Shown piece after piece: positions 9,181 through 18,677 of a DNA stretch of 64,000 nucleotides. Position 1 is the stretch's first letter, and the number at the start of each line of letters is the position of its first letter. This stretch comes from Minisyncoccota bacterium. GTDB taxonomy: Bacteria; Patescibacteriota; Minisyncoccia; Phycocordibacterales; UBA2100. Where the stretch lies: assembly GCA_035708165.1 (NCBI GenBank), contig DASSSZ010000001.1, forward strand, positions 25,772-89,771, in the 5' to 3' direction. A program made the translations under genes and the position numbers. The notes under the pieces were generated by a model. It worked only from the letters and a program-made list of their open reading frames with translations. It did no database searches and was not told where the DNA came from.

Positions 9181-9396
9181 ATGACGCTATGCCCGACATC
9201 CGAGCACGAACCGCTCTCGAAACGGCTCGGCCAGCTCATCAGCCAGCTCAAGGCTGAGCAGCCGCCGCGCACGATCACCGAGCGCGACATGATGAACCTC
9301 GTCGGCGCGAACATCGTCACTATCAGGATCAAATGCCTGCATGACGATTCGCTCCAAACGGCATGGGAGATGCTCAAGCCGTATATCGCGTTCTGA
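9181..9396 (+). CDS. small hypothetical protein (71 aa), standalone transcription unit
   Basis: GGGGG RBS 6 nt before ATG; flanked by the fic terminator upstream and its own hairpin plus T5 at 9401-9426. Confidence 0.4.
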   Translation: MTLCPTSEHEPLSKRLGQLISQLKAEQPPRTITERDMMNLVGANIVTIRIKCLHDDSLQTAWEMLKPYIAF

Positions 9397-9400
9397 TTGC

Positions 9401-9426
9401 GCGGCCCTGCGGGGCCGCATCTTTTT
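9401..9426 (+). terminator. intrinsic terminator (GCGGCCC/GGGCCGC stem plus ATCTTTTT)
   Basis: hairpin and T-tract immediately after the 9181..9396 ORF, just before the dnaX -10 box. Confidence 0.55.
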
Positions 9427-9442
9427 GCTATACTGTCGCCAT

Positions 9443-10516
<1,074 letters not shown>

Positions 10517-10518
10517 CC

Positions 10519-11184
10519 ATGGCGAAGAAGACGATCTACCTTCTGCGCCACGGCCAGACGGCCTACAACCGCGCGCTGGTGCACCAGTACCACGCGGTGC
10601 CGCTCTCGCCTGCGGGCGAGCGGCAGGCGGAGCTCCTTGCTGAGCGCATCACTTCATTCGCGCCGGACATGCTCATCGCGAGCGACATCAAGCGCGCGCA
10701 GCAGACGGCTGAAGCTATCGCGCGCCAGACCGGGCTGCCGCTCATCACCGAACCCTTGTTCGAAGAGATCAAGCGCCCGACATCGCTCTACGGCAAGGCC
10801 TTCGCCGATCCGCGCTCCATCTGGGCGTTCATCGCGCTATACCTCCACGCGACGAACCTGCATTGGCACTATAGCGATGAGGAGAATTTCTCGGAATTCC
10901 GCGATCGCGCGCATCGCGCGGTCGAGTACCTCGAGCAGGTGGACGGCGAGCGCGTCGTCGTCGTGAGCCATCGCATCTTCATCGCCGGCATGCTGGCGGC
11001 CATCCAGTGCCGCTTCGCTTGCTCGATGGGCAGCTTCGTCAGGAAGAGCGTCCTTTTGCGCGGCATCGCGAACGCGAGCATCACGACGCTCACCTATGAT
11101 AGCGAGCGCGCTGATCCGTGGCAGATCGTCTCTGTCAGCGATGCGCGCCACCTCGCATCCATGAAGGCAGGCGAGACGCACTGA
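10519..11184 (+). CDS. histidine phosphatase family protein (phosphoglycerate-mutase-like)
   Basis: RHGQT catalytic motif at the N-terminus, second His in VVVVSH; starts 3 nt after the dnaX stop. Confidence 0.8.
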   Translation: MAKKTIYLLRHGQTAYNRALVHQYHAVPLSPAGERQAELLAERITSFAPDMLIASDIKRAQQTAEAIARQTGLPLITEPLFEEIKRPTSLYGKAFADPRSIWAFIALYLHATNLHWHYSDEENFSEFRDRAHRAVEYLEQVDGERVVVVSHRIFIAGMLAAIQCRFACSMGSFVRKSVLLRGIANASITTLTYDSERADPWQIVSVSDARHLASMKAGETH

Positions 11185-11233
11185 ATTCTGGTATCGTGAA
11201 GAGGGCAGGGCCGGCGGTATTTATTGCCAGAGC

Positions 11234-11304
11234 TGGGAGATCGTCTAATGGTAGGACAGCGCCCTTTGGAGGCGTGAATCATGGTTCGAATCCATGTCTC
11301 CCAG
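11234..11304 (+). tRNA. tRNA-Gln (anticodon UUG)
   Basis: Cloverleaf folded by hand: acceptor TGGGAGA/TCTCCCA with U1:A72 (bacterial tRNA-Gln hallmark), D-arm GTCT-AATGGTA-GGAC, anticodon arm GCGCC-CTTTGGA-GGCGT (anticodon TTG), T-arm CATGG-TTCGAAT-CCATG, discriminator G. No encoded CCA. Confidence 0.85.
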
Positions 11305-11337
11305 CTCTGCCAGGAAATAGCCGATAGGGCTTTTGAT

Positions 11338-11370
11338 GCGTGAATTAAGTTCGAATCCATGTTCCTCGCA
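11338..11370 (+). repeat. degenerate direct copy of the tRNA-Gln 3' half (anticodon-stem 3' strand through T-arm)
   Basis: GCGTGAATTAAGTTCGAATCCATGTTCCTCG versus tRNA GCGTGAATCATGGTTCGAATCCATGTCTCCCAG; an identical 13-mer TTCGAATCCATGT plus an 8-mer GCGTGAAT in register. Confidence 0.5.
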
Positions 11371-11507
11371 CGCCATACATGCCTCGCTCGATCGCTTTTG
11401 AGATGAGGGTCGGATTCCGAGGAGCATTGCGCTAGCAACTTTTGCCTAAGAAGACGCGTGCACATACTGCTTGCACATAATGTAGCACTTGTGCTACATT
11501 ATGTCGC

Positions 11508-11720
11508 ATGAATGCTACGGGAACGATAACCAATAGGCTGAAGGTGCTTCGAGCCGAGAAAGACATCACCCAGGCAGAGCTTGCTGCGTTAGTCGGGGTG
11601 ACGCGTTCGACCATCAATTACCTGGAGAAAAACGAGTATACCGCGTCGCTTCCATTGGCGATGCGTTTGGCCCGTTATTTCAACCAGCCGATCGAGCAGA
11701 TATTCATATTAGAAGAGTAG
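11508..11720 (+). CDS. XRE-family helix-turn-helix transcriptional regulator (Cro/CI-like, 70 aa)
   Basis: RLKVLRAEKDITQAELAALVGVTRSTINYLEKNEYTASLPLAMRLARYF is a canonical HTH_XRE. Confidence 0.85.
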   Translation: MNATGTITNRLKVLRAEKDITQAELAALVGVTRSTINYLEKNEYTASLPLAMRLARYFNQPIEQIFILEE

Positions 11721-11731
11721 CAGGCACTCCT

Positions 11732-12301
11732 ATGAACAACATACTTTTTGAAAAGACCGGGATCAAATTGACCGATGCACAGGTGGGAATCCTCAGGGAT
11801 CTCTTCTGGGGCTTCGTCAAAGCGGCCGTGCTCGCCGTGCTTCTGCTCATAGCGGGCTTGGCCATGCATGCCGTGACGCTCAACTGCGTTGAAACGGTCG
11901 CCTGGGGCGCGGTCTCTGGCGCGAGTGACACTGCGCGCATCAATCAAACTCACATGGTCGCCGGTTGGATGCTTAGCATCATTGCAGCGATCTTCGTGCT
12001 CGCGTTCGTCCCGTTCATCACTCATGGGGCAACCTACCTGAGCTCGCTTCTCTCGAACCGGGATTTCCGCGAAAAGGAAATGACTGCATCGGTTGATTTC
12101 ATGGAAGATGATGAACGCGAACAGCTGATAACCATGCGTGCCACGCGACGCGCGTACATGGTGCTCAACTTCACGCTTTCGGTGTTCTGGCTTGTATCGC
12201 TGGTAACCGGCAACTTCGGTGTAGCGGTTACGCTTTTTATCGTGCAGGTCATAGGCGCGCTCAGCTATCGCCAGCGCGCACGCAGTTCGAGCAACGAATA
12301 A
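11732..12301 (+). CDS. polytopic membrane protein of unknown function (DUF2975-like neighbour of a small XRE regulator)
   Basis: four or more hydrophobic helices; starts 12 nt after the XRE gene stop (operon). The DUF2975 assignment is from memory of this gene-pair pattern, not a search. Confidence 0.6.
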   Translation: MNNILFEKTGIKLTDAQVGILRDLFWGFVKAAVLAVLLLIAGLAMHAVTLNCVETVAWGAVSGASDTARINQTHMVAGWMLSIIAAIFVLAFVPFITHGATYLSSLLSNRDFREKEMTASVDFMEDDEREQLITMRATRRAYMVLNFTLSVFWLVSLVTGNFGVAVTLFIVQVIGALSYRQRARSSSNE

Positions 12302-12521
12302 TCTCCTCGCAAGGATTTAGGGAGTATCCGAGTCCGAGGAGGCCGATCGGTTTGAGATAGGTTCGAACTCCGATCTTTGGCGGCGGCTGGATCGCGGCAT
12401 GGCTATTCACGATCGTCTTCCTGCATCTCGATTTCCTGCAGGGCTTGCCCGCACGATCCATCGGGCAGTATTCATCGGCGTGCGCTTCTCGATGCCGTAA
12501 GCATGCTAGGATGAGCGCATC

Positions 12522-13418
12522 ATGCGGCGGCTCTTCAGTACGCCAGCGATCGTCGCGATCGTCATCGCGCTCGCGCTCGGGTATGCGATCGGCTCGCTTG
12601 GCGCGGTCGGTGACACGGCACTCTCGGGCAGCGTGCCGGCTCCGGGCAGTGTCCAGGTGCTCTACTCGCTCGATCAGAAGCAGAACGACCGCGCACTCAT
12701 CTCGCTCATCGATGGCGCGCGCGACCATATCTATTTCGCGATCTACGAATTCACGCTCGCGGACGTGGCCGATGCGCTGATACGCGCCAAGGAGCGCGGC
12801 GTGGACGTGCGGGGCATCGTGGATCGGGAGAATAGCACCGAATCGTACGAGGCGCCGATCATCGCGAAACTCGAGGCGGCTGGCATCCCGATCGAGACGC
12901 AGCAGCACGCAGGCGGCATCATGCATATCAAAGCGCTCGTCACCGATAGCGCGTACGCGAGCGGCAGCTATAACTGGACGGCATCAGCGACGGACGAGAA
13001 CGATGAGGTGCTCGAGATCGGGACCGACCCTGCGCTGCGTGCACGCTACGAGAGCATCATCAGCGGATTGCTTTCCGCGAATGCAGGGAGCACGGCCGGA
13101 GCCGCGCAGGCAGCACCGTCCGCGGCAGGGGCGATCGCGTACACGCAAGCGGGAGCGCATATCGGGGAGACCGCGAGCGTGACGGGGATGGTGCTCGATG
13201 TATACACGAGCAGCGGCGGGACGGTATTCCTTGATTACTGCCAAGACTACGACTCGTGCCCGTTCTCAGCGGTCATCTTCGCCGATGATGCGTCGCGCTT
13301 CAGCGATCTTGCGCGGCTTGAAGGCAAGACGGTCACGCTCACGGGCGCCATCAGCTCGTACCAGGGCCGTGCGGAGATCATCCTGCACGATCCTTCTCAG
13401 ATCGCTTCAATGCAGTAG
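12522..13418 (+). CDS. secreted/membrane-anchored phospholipase-D (HKD) family nuclease with C-terminal OB-fold domain
   Basis: N-terminal TM/signal (AIVAIVIALALGYAIG); HKD motif HIKALVTD...GSYNWT; C-terminal ~90 aa OB-like segment (GKTVTLTGAISSYQGRAEIILHD). Confidence 0.8.
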   Translation: MRRLFSTPAIVAIVIALALGYAIGSLGAVGDTALSGSVPAPGSVQVLYSLDQKQNDRALISLIDGARDHIYFAIYEFTLADVADALIRAKERGVDVRGIVDRENSTESYEAPIIAKLEAAGIPIETQQHAGGIMHIKALVTDSAYASGSYNWTASATDENDEVLEIGTDPALRARYESIISGLLSANAGSTAGAAQAAPSAAGAIAYTQAGAHIGETASVTGMVLDVYTSSGGTVFLDYCQDYDSCPFSAVIFADDASRFSDLARLEGKTVTLTGAISSYQGRAEIILHDPSQIASMQ

Positions 13419-13427
13419 AATAGTGTC

Positions 13428-13904
13428 ATGAACCGCGTCCTTCTCTCGGCAGGCGTGCTCTTGGTCGCTCTCGGCGTGGCTATCGCAGCGCTTCTGCTCG
13501 CCGGGTCGCCGGCCGAAGCGCCGGTACCGAGCGCGCAGCGCCTTGCGGCCATCGCGTATCCGCTCTACCCGAGCCTCAGCTGGGGCGCGGAGCAGCCATC
13601 GACGCAGGCGGGGGTGAGCGGCTACGCGGTTTCCTCACGGCCTGTCGTCGGCGTCTCGGATATCGCATCGACGACGGAGGGATTCGTACGCTACTACCAA
13701 TCGAAGCTCGCAGCAGACGGGTGGAGCGTCGATAATTCGCTCGCGGCAGGCGGCCCGGGCGCTGATGTCGCGGGATACCGCAAGGGCAATGCCGTCTTCA
13801 TCTACGCGTACTCGACCGATTTCAAAGGCACGCAGCCGGGAGAGCCGGTGTCATGCCCGTGCGACGTGACATTCACGCTCTTCAGCAGCGAAGCGGCGCA
13901 CTAG
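13428..13904 (+). CDS. secreted hypothetical protein (signal peptide, 158 aa)
   Basis: N-terminal signal/TM (VLLSAGVLLVALGVAIAALLLAGS); follows the PLD gene by 10 nt. Confidence 0.55.
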   Translation: MNRVLLSAGVLLVALGVAIAALLLAGSPAEAPVPSAQRLAAIAYPLYPSLSWGAEQPSTQAGVSGYAVSSRPVVGVSDIASTTEGFVRYYQSKLAADGWSVDNSLAAGGPGADVAGYRKGNAVFIYAYSTDFKGTQPGEPVSCPCDVTFTLFSSEAAH

Positions 13905-13939
13905 CCGAGCGCGAGCGGTGCGAAGGCTCGCCGCTTCGG

Positions 13940-15643
13940 CTACTGCAGGCTCTTGGCTCCGTCGGTGATCGAGACGACCGGGATGCCTTTCTGCTTGAGA
14001 TAGTCGGCGACCGTGTTGAAATCGGAAGGCGTGATGGCGTACTGCTCGCCGCTGGTGTCCACCTGGTGAAACTCGATGATCAGCCAGACATGATCCTTCG
14101 CGGCCTCATCGATCCATGATTCGATCTGAGCCGGCGTCGTGCTATTGAGCACGACGAGCCGCGGCAGATGGTAGCGATCCGCATCAGGCGTCGCGTAGCC
14201 GGTATTCGTCGAGCGCGCATTGCCGTATTCGGCCTCGACGAGCGAGGTCGAGGTAGTGTCATACTCGCCGAACGGGTACGCGAACGAATCCACCGCTCCG
14301 ACGCCGAGCGCAAGCAGGTCCTGCTTGCTGCCGTCGATCTCCTGCTTCTGCTGCGCGGCGCTCAATTGCGTAAGGTGCGGGTGCGTCTGCGTATGCGAGC
14401 CGATCTCCATCCCATCCGCGTACATCTGCTTGATCTGCGCCTTGCTCACGAAGCCGGGATAGCCGTTATCGGCGATCTCGTGCGTGATGATATAGAACGT
14501 GCCCGTCAGCCCCAGGCTCTTCAGCTTCGGCGTCACCACCGTGTAGTGCGAGAGCCAGCCGTTATCGAACGTGAGCGTGACCGCGCCGTTCTGGAAGATG
14601 CCGCTGGCCTGGTTCTTGACGATGCTCGCGTTGTCTATGCGGAGATCGCCGTTCTGCTTGATGAGGTGGAAGACGGTGACATCGACGACATCGGAAGTGA
14701 CCACGAAGTCAGCGGAAGCCCTCGTGTAGCCGCTTGCGGCCGGAAGCACGCCGATATCCTCGTACGTATAGGTCCCGTTCGAGTGGTGGAGCTGGACCGT
14801 GAGGTAGGAGGGGACTGTCGCGGCGTACTGGTCGCTATACGTGTAGATCCCTGGCGCGAGCGAGATCGGGTCGAAGTACCACTTGGCGTCGCCGCTGCCG
14901 TAGCCTGAAACCGTCACGCGCGCGCCAGAGCCAGCAGAGCCTGCGCCCGGCACGGGGTAGGCGAATGCGGCGCTGTTCGAGCCCCAGCTCCCTTTGTGCC
15001 AATGCAGCGGCAGGCCATCGCTGCCTGCCTGCTCGAAGCCGCCATTGCGGATGAGTCCCGTGTCCGTCGCCGTGACCTGCTGCAGCGAGTAATCATCCAC
15101 CGTGAGCGAGCCGACCTGAGCGATCACGTGGAAGATCGTCACGGATCGCGCATCCAGCGGCGCGGTGAAGGTAGCCGCGAACTGCGCGTAGCCGCCGCGG
15201 CTTGCCGCCGGCTTGCCGAGCACGATATAGGTGATCGAGCCATTGGCGTGCGTGACCTGGACGTCAACCTCCGATGGCACGGTTCCCGTATAGAAATCCG
15301 AGAAGCGGTACGAGGCGCCGCCCTGGACGGCGACCTGGTCCGGGTACCATTTCGCGTCGCCATTGCCGTAGCTCGTGATCGAGACGCTCGCAGCGTCGCT
15401 GCCGCTATGGGCAGGAGCCGCGGGGTAGGCGAGCGTCCGGATATTGGTGCCGTAGCCGCCCCTATGCCAATGCGCAGGAAGGCCGCCAGTTTGGGCGGCC
15501 TCGAGCGAAGGATTCTGGATGAGGTTCGGTCCGAGCGCGGCAGCCGCCGCCCGTTGCGGCGAGGCGCTTATCAAGAGGAGCGTGCTCGCGAGCGCGAGCG
15601 CGATGCTGATAATGCCGTATCGAGCGCGTGTGCGTGGTGACAT
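13940..15643 (-). CDS. polysaccharide deacetylase (CE4/NodB domain) with two tandem N-terminal CBM-like beta-sandwich repeats and a signal peptide
   Basis: C-terminal NodB region (TFDNGWLSHYTVVTPKLKSLGLTGTFYI...HTQTHPHL); two ~150-aa internal repeats (each with ...LP.HWH.G..G.N...AYP...SGYG.GDAKWY... FH.I.Q.G.L..D); start placed at MSPRTRARYGIISIALALAS (signal peptide) by ORF-track frame. Confidence 0.8.
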   Translation of the reverse strand: MSPRTRARYGIISIALALASTLLLISASPQRAAAAALGPNLIQNPSLEAAQTGGLPAHWHRGGYGTNIRTLAYPAAPAHSGSDAASVSITSYGNGDAKWYPDQVAVQGGASYRFSDFYTGTVPSEVDVQVTHANGSITYIVLGKPAASRGGYAQFAATFTAPLDARSVTIFHVIAQVGSLTVDDYSLQQVTATDTGLIRNGGFEQAGSDGLPLHWHKGSWGSNSAAFAYPVPGAGSAGSGARVTVSGYGSGDAKWYFDPISLAPGIYTYSDQYAATVPSYLTVQLHHSNGTYTYEDIGVLPAASGYTRASADFVVTSDVVDVTVFHLIKQNGDLRIDNASIVKNQASGIFQNGAVTLTFDNGWLSHYTVVTPKLKSLGLTGTFYIITHEIADNGYPGFVSKAQIKQMYADGMEIGSHTQTHPHLTQLSAAQQKQEIDGSKQDLLALGVGAVDSFAYPFGEYDTTSTSLVEAEYGNARSTNTGYATPDADRYHLPRLVVLNSTTPAQIESWIDEAAKDHVWLIIEFHQVDTSGEQYAITPSDFNTVADYLKQKGIPVVSITDGAKSLQ

Positions 15644-15745
15644 ACGTCGCTCATGATTCATCGCGCGGCATGACTCGCGTATGAAGCGCCGTGACAGCGA
15701 CGGTGTGCCGATGAAGACGGCATGCATGCCGTGCGATCATCGCAG

Positions 15746-16246
15746 CTACTGCTCGATAACCGCTTTGCAGTGCGCATAGCCAGCCGCGCTCGGGCCTTCC
15801 GTGAGAGCCGTCTCTCCGGTGCTCCAGAAGATGAACTGCTCGCGCGCATCCGCATAGCGAGCGCCATCGGCTGAGATCGTCTGCGGCAATGTCAGCGTGC
15901 GGCCATCGGAAAGCACGAGGACGACCGTACCGTTCGCGACGGGCGGCTGTCCTGCGGCAGCCGGCGTATCCGGCCCGCGATAGAAGGATGCGGTGAGGCT
16001 CTTGCCGTCATCGCACTGATAGCGCGCCGTAGTGACGAGCGTCATGGGCACGCCGCCTGCGCGCGCGGGCGATCCTGTAGCCGCAGCACTCTTCGCCTCG
16101 GTGCTGCTCGCGTGCATCGCAGCGGTCGTGCCGGGCACGTCCGTATCCTGCTGCGGTATCGGCGCAGCACCTGAACGCCACCAGACGGCGAGGAGGAGCG
16201 CTGCGATCACGATGACCACGATGATGATCCAGGCGGTGCGGTTCAT
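15746..16246 (-). CDS. MliC-family membrane-bound lysozyme inhibitor
   Basis: N-terminal TM anchor, then MliC core YQCDDGKSLTASFYRGP...VVLVLSDGRTLTLPQTISADGARYADAREQFIFWSTGETALTEG...YAHC (conserved Cys pair; S.DGARY and FW.KG motifs). Confidence 0.75.
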   Translation of the reverse strand: MNRTAWIIIVVIVIAALLLAVWWRSGAAPIPQQDTDVPGTTAAMHASSTEAKSAAATGSPARAGGVPMTLVTTARYQCDDGKSLTASFYRGPDTPAAAGQPPVANGTVVLVLSDGRTLTLPQTISADGARYADAREQFIFWSTGETALTEGPSAAGYAHCKAVIEQ

Positions 16247-16297
16247 AGCATCAAGGAAGGGTCGTGCCCGGCCTGCGGCAGCGCCGCACCGGCACGC

Positions 16298-16450
16298 CTA
16301 CTTCAGCGGGTTCCTGCCCTGGATGAGGCGGATGAGGATCATGATGATCGCGATGACCAGCAGGAGATGGATGAATCCGCCGATCGTGTACGACGTGATG
16401 ACGCCGAGGAGCCAGAGGGCGATAAGGATGGCTGCGATAGTGAGAAGCAT
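16298..16450 (-). CDS. lmo0937-family small membrane protein (50 aa)
   Basis: MLLTIAAILIALWLLGVITSYTIGGFIHLLLVIAIIMILIRLIQGRNPLK matches the lmo0937-family pattern; it is the in-frame ATG inside a longer spurious ORF. Confidence 0.6.
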   Translation of the reverse strand: MLLTIAAILIALWLLGVITSYTIGGFIHLLLVIAIIMILIRLIQGRNPLK

Positions 16451-16547
16451 AGGCGTGTATTCGTGATGGGGAGTAAGTCGCTGGTAATAGAGCGTCGGTA
16501 TCTCGGAATCTGCGAATCGCGGAATCTTCATATCGCGGAATCTCGGG

Positions 16548-16841
16548 TTACGTCGCCGGCTCCCCAGAGACGAACTTGAAGAAGGTGCTCGTCTCGCCGT
16601 CGCCTTTCTCATCCTGGTAAAGGAATTCGAGCCCGCGCTCATCGAAGATCCGGAAGAACTCATCCCAACTGATCTCCTCGAGCGAATCGTCCGGCTCCTC
16701 GAAATCGATCCGCAGGATGCCGCCGCCTTCCGGGGAATCATGAGTGCTCTTCACGACCGAAGGCCGACCTCCTCGATCCTCCACCCATGCGCGGATCGTG
16801 TCGTGGTCTTTCGTGCGCTGCGCGCCGTGCTCGCTTGCCAT
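16548..16841 (-). CDS. hypothetical acidic cytoplasmic protein (97 aa)
   Basis: MASEHGAQRTKDHDTIRAWVEDRGGRP...GGGILRIDFEEPDDSLEEISWDEFFRIFDERGLEFLYQDE; conserved-looking, no family recognised. Confidence 0.5.
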   Translation of the reverse strand: MASEHGAQRTKDHDTIRAWVEDRGGRPSVVKSTHDSPEGGGILRIDFEEPDDSLEEISWDEFFRIFDERGLEFLYQDEKGDGETSTFFKFVSGEPAT

Positions 16842-16938
16842 ATCGCGTACTCTAGCGTGCCCGGCTGAACTCCCCATGAAGCGCGGCATTAGGCATTCAT
16901 GCAGCGATGCGCGCCGGCATGGTAGACTCACGGCACGT

Positions 16939-18138
16939 ATGGCAGAGCGGACACGAGCATCGAAGTCAATGCGCGAGAAGCACGGGGTCGGGCAGGCTGC
17001 AGATATGCTCGAAGGAGCGCTCCGGCACCGGCATATGGCGCTCGGCGCTGCGGTCATCGCGTGCGTCATCGCGGCGTGCGCCGGGATCTACTTCCTCGGG
17101 GCACTGCCGTTCTTCTCGCTCGCGTACGATGGCGGGCGGATCGACGGCATCACGGTGCAGCCGCCGCCAACGCTCGATACGCACGAGTACGATGTGCGGC
17201 AGCTCGCGCTTGCGCACATCGCGACCAGCTCGCCGTATTACGACGCGTTCCTCGAGCGGTTCGCGAGCACGACGGCGACGACCGCGGCATCGAGCAGCGT
17301 CTCTTTGGCGAAGCTCGAGTGGCCGGTCGCTGATGCGCCGTATCCTGAGTACGGGGCGCTGCTTCCGTTCCACCGGATCGTCGCCTATTACGGCAATTTC
17401 TATTCGAAGGGCATGGGCGTCCTCGGCGAGTATCCGGAGGACCAGGTCCTCACGATGCTCGAGGGCGAGGTGCAGAAATGGGAAGCGGCCGATCCCTCGA
17501 CGCCGGTCATCCCCGCGATCGACTACATCGCCGTCGCAGCGCAGGCCGGGGCGGGGAAGGATGGCAAGTACCGCGCACGGATGCCGGACGACCAGATCGA
17601 TCATGCGCTCGAGATGGCGAACCGCGTGCACGGCATCGTCATCCTCGACGTACAGGTCGGCCTCTCGACCCTCCAGGAGGAGCTGCCGGCACTCGAGAAG
17701 TACCTCGCGATGCCGAATGTCGAGCTCGCGATCGATCCCGAATTCTCGATGAAGGATGGCGTGCCGCCAGGCGATGAGATCGGCACGTTCAATGCTGCGG
17801 ACATCAACTACGCCGCGCACTACCTCGCTACGCTCGTCCAGCTGCATCACCTGCCGCCCAAGGTCCTCATCGTGCACCGCTTCACGTATGCGATGGTGAC
17901 CGGCACGAACAGCATCACGCCTCTGCCGGAGGTGCAGATCGTGATGGACATGGACGGGTGGGGGAGCCAGGCGAAGAAGATCGGCACCTATAACGCGGTG
18001 ATCAATCCGTACCCCGTGCAGTTCACCGGCATCAAGCTTTTCTACAAGAACGATCTCAAGCCGCCATCGACCGGGCTCCTCTCGACCTCCCAGGTGCTCG
18101 ACCTCACGCCAGCGCCGATCTTCATCCAGTACCAGTAG
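16939..18138 (+). CDS. membrane-anchored hypothetical protein (about 400 aa)
   Basis: ATG at 16939 (MAERTRAS...) precedes a TM helix (ALGAAVIACVIAACAGIYFLGALPFF) and a large extracytoplasmic domain; alternative starts at 16969 and 17005. Confidence 0.5.
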   Translation: MAERTRASKSMREKHGVGQAADMLEGALRHRHMALGAAVIACVIAACAGIYFLGALPFFSLAYDGGRIDGITVQPPPTLDTHEYDVRQLALAHIATSSPYYDAFLERFASTTATTAASSSVSLAKLEWPVADAPYPEYGALLPFHRIVAYYGNFYSKGMGVLGEYPEDQVLTMLEGEVQKWEAADPSTPVIPAIDYIAVAAQAGAGKDGKYRARMPDDQIDHALEMANRVHGIVILDVQVGLSTLQEELPALEKYLAMPNVELAIDPEFSMKDGVPPGDEIGTFNAADINYAAHYLATLVQLHHLPPKVLIVHRFTYAMVTGTNSITPLPEVQIVMDMDGWGSQAKKIGTYNAVINPYPVQFTGIKLFYKNDLKPPSTGLLSTSQVLDLTPAPIFIQYQ

Positions 18139-18169
18139 ACAGCGCGGACGCGTGGTACACTAGGATCAT

Positions 18170-18676
18170 ATGCCGACGCGCATCCCGTTCCCGATCGTCC
18201 TCCTTGTCACCATCATCGCAGGCATCGCGGTCCTGGTGATCGGGTATGAGCGCTTCACCGTGAGGCCGGCGGCCCTCCCGCAGCCCTCGTTTTCGGCTTC
18301 GAGCACGACGGCGCACGCTGCTTCGCATCCTGCTCCCGCAGGTGCGACGGAAACGGCCCCGACGCTTGCCGGCGAGTGGCGCAGCACGGATGATCCGAAG
18401 TTCATGCGCACCATCCGTGAGGACGGCACCTTCACGGACGCGTACCAAGGAGAGCCGTCCGCGACCGCGAACGGGCAGTGGCGCATCTTCGATGCGAGCC
18501 AGGTCCGCGCCGATTTCCCGTACCCGCTCGACGCGGGGGCATCATACCTCGAGTTCGATGACGCGAGCGGCACGACGCTCTACTTCAAGATCGTCTCGCT
18601 CGCGACATCATCGCTCGCGCTCATGTACCTCGATCGCGGCAACATGCTCCTCTTCGATCGCGTAGCGGGGCAGTAG
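18170..18676 (+). CDS. membrane-anchored hypothetical protein (168 aa)
   Basis: N-terminal TM (FPIVLLVTIIAGIAVLVIGY) then a soluble domain; followed 2 nt later by the next gene. Confidence 0.5.
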   Translation: MPTRIPFPIVLLVTIIAGIAVLVIGYERFTVRPAALPQPSFSASSTTAHAASHPAPAGATETAPTLAGEWRSTDDPKFMRTIREDGTFTDAYQGEPSATANGQWRIFDASQVRADFPYPLDAGASYLEFDDASGTTLYFKIVSLATSSLALMYLDRGNMLLFDRVAGQ

Positions 18677-18677
18677 C

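Noticed and set aside
12330-12400. GGTTCGAACTCC segment resembling a tRNA T-loop between the membrane-protein gene and the PLD gene
   Set aside because: No complementary T-stem or acceptor stem can be drawn on either strand; not a tRNA or tRNA fragment by manual folding.
14168-14908. 246-aa + ORF inside the CE4 deacetylase region
   Set aside because: Antisense to the CE4/CBM gene; no motifs.
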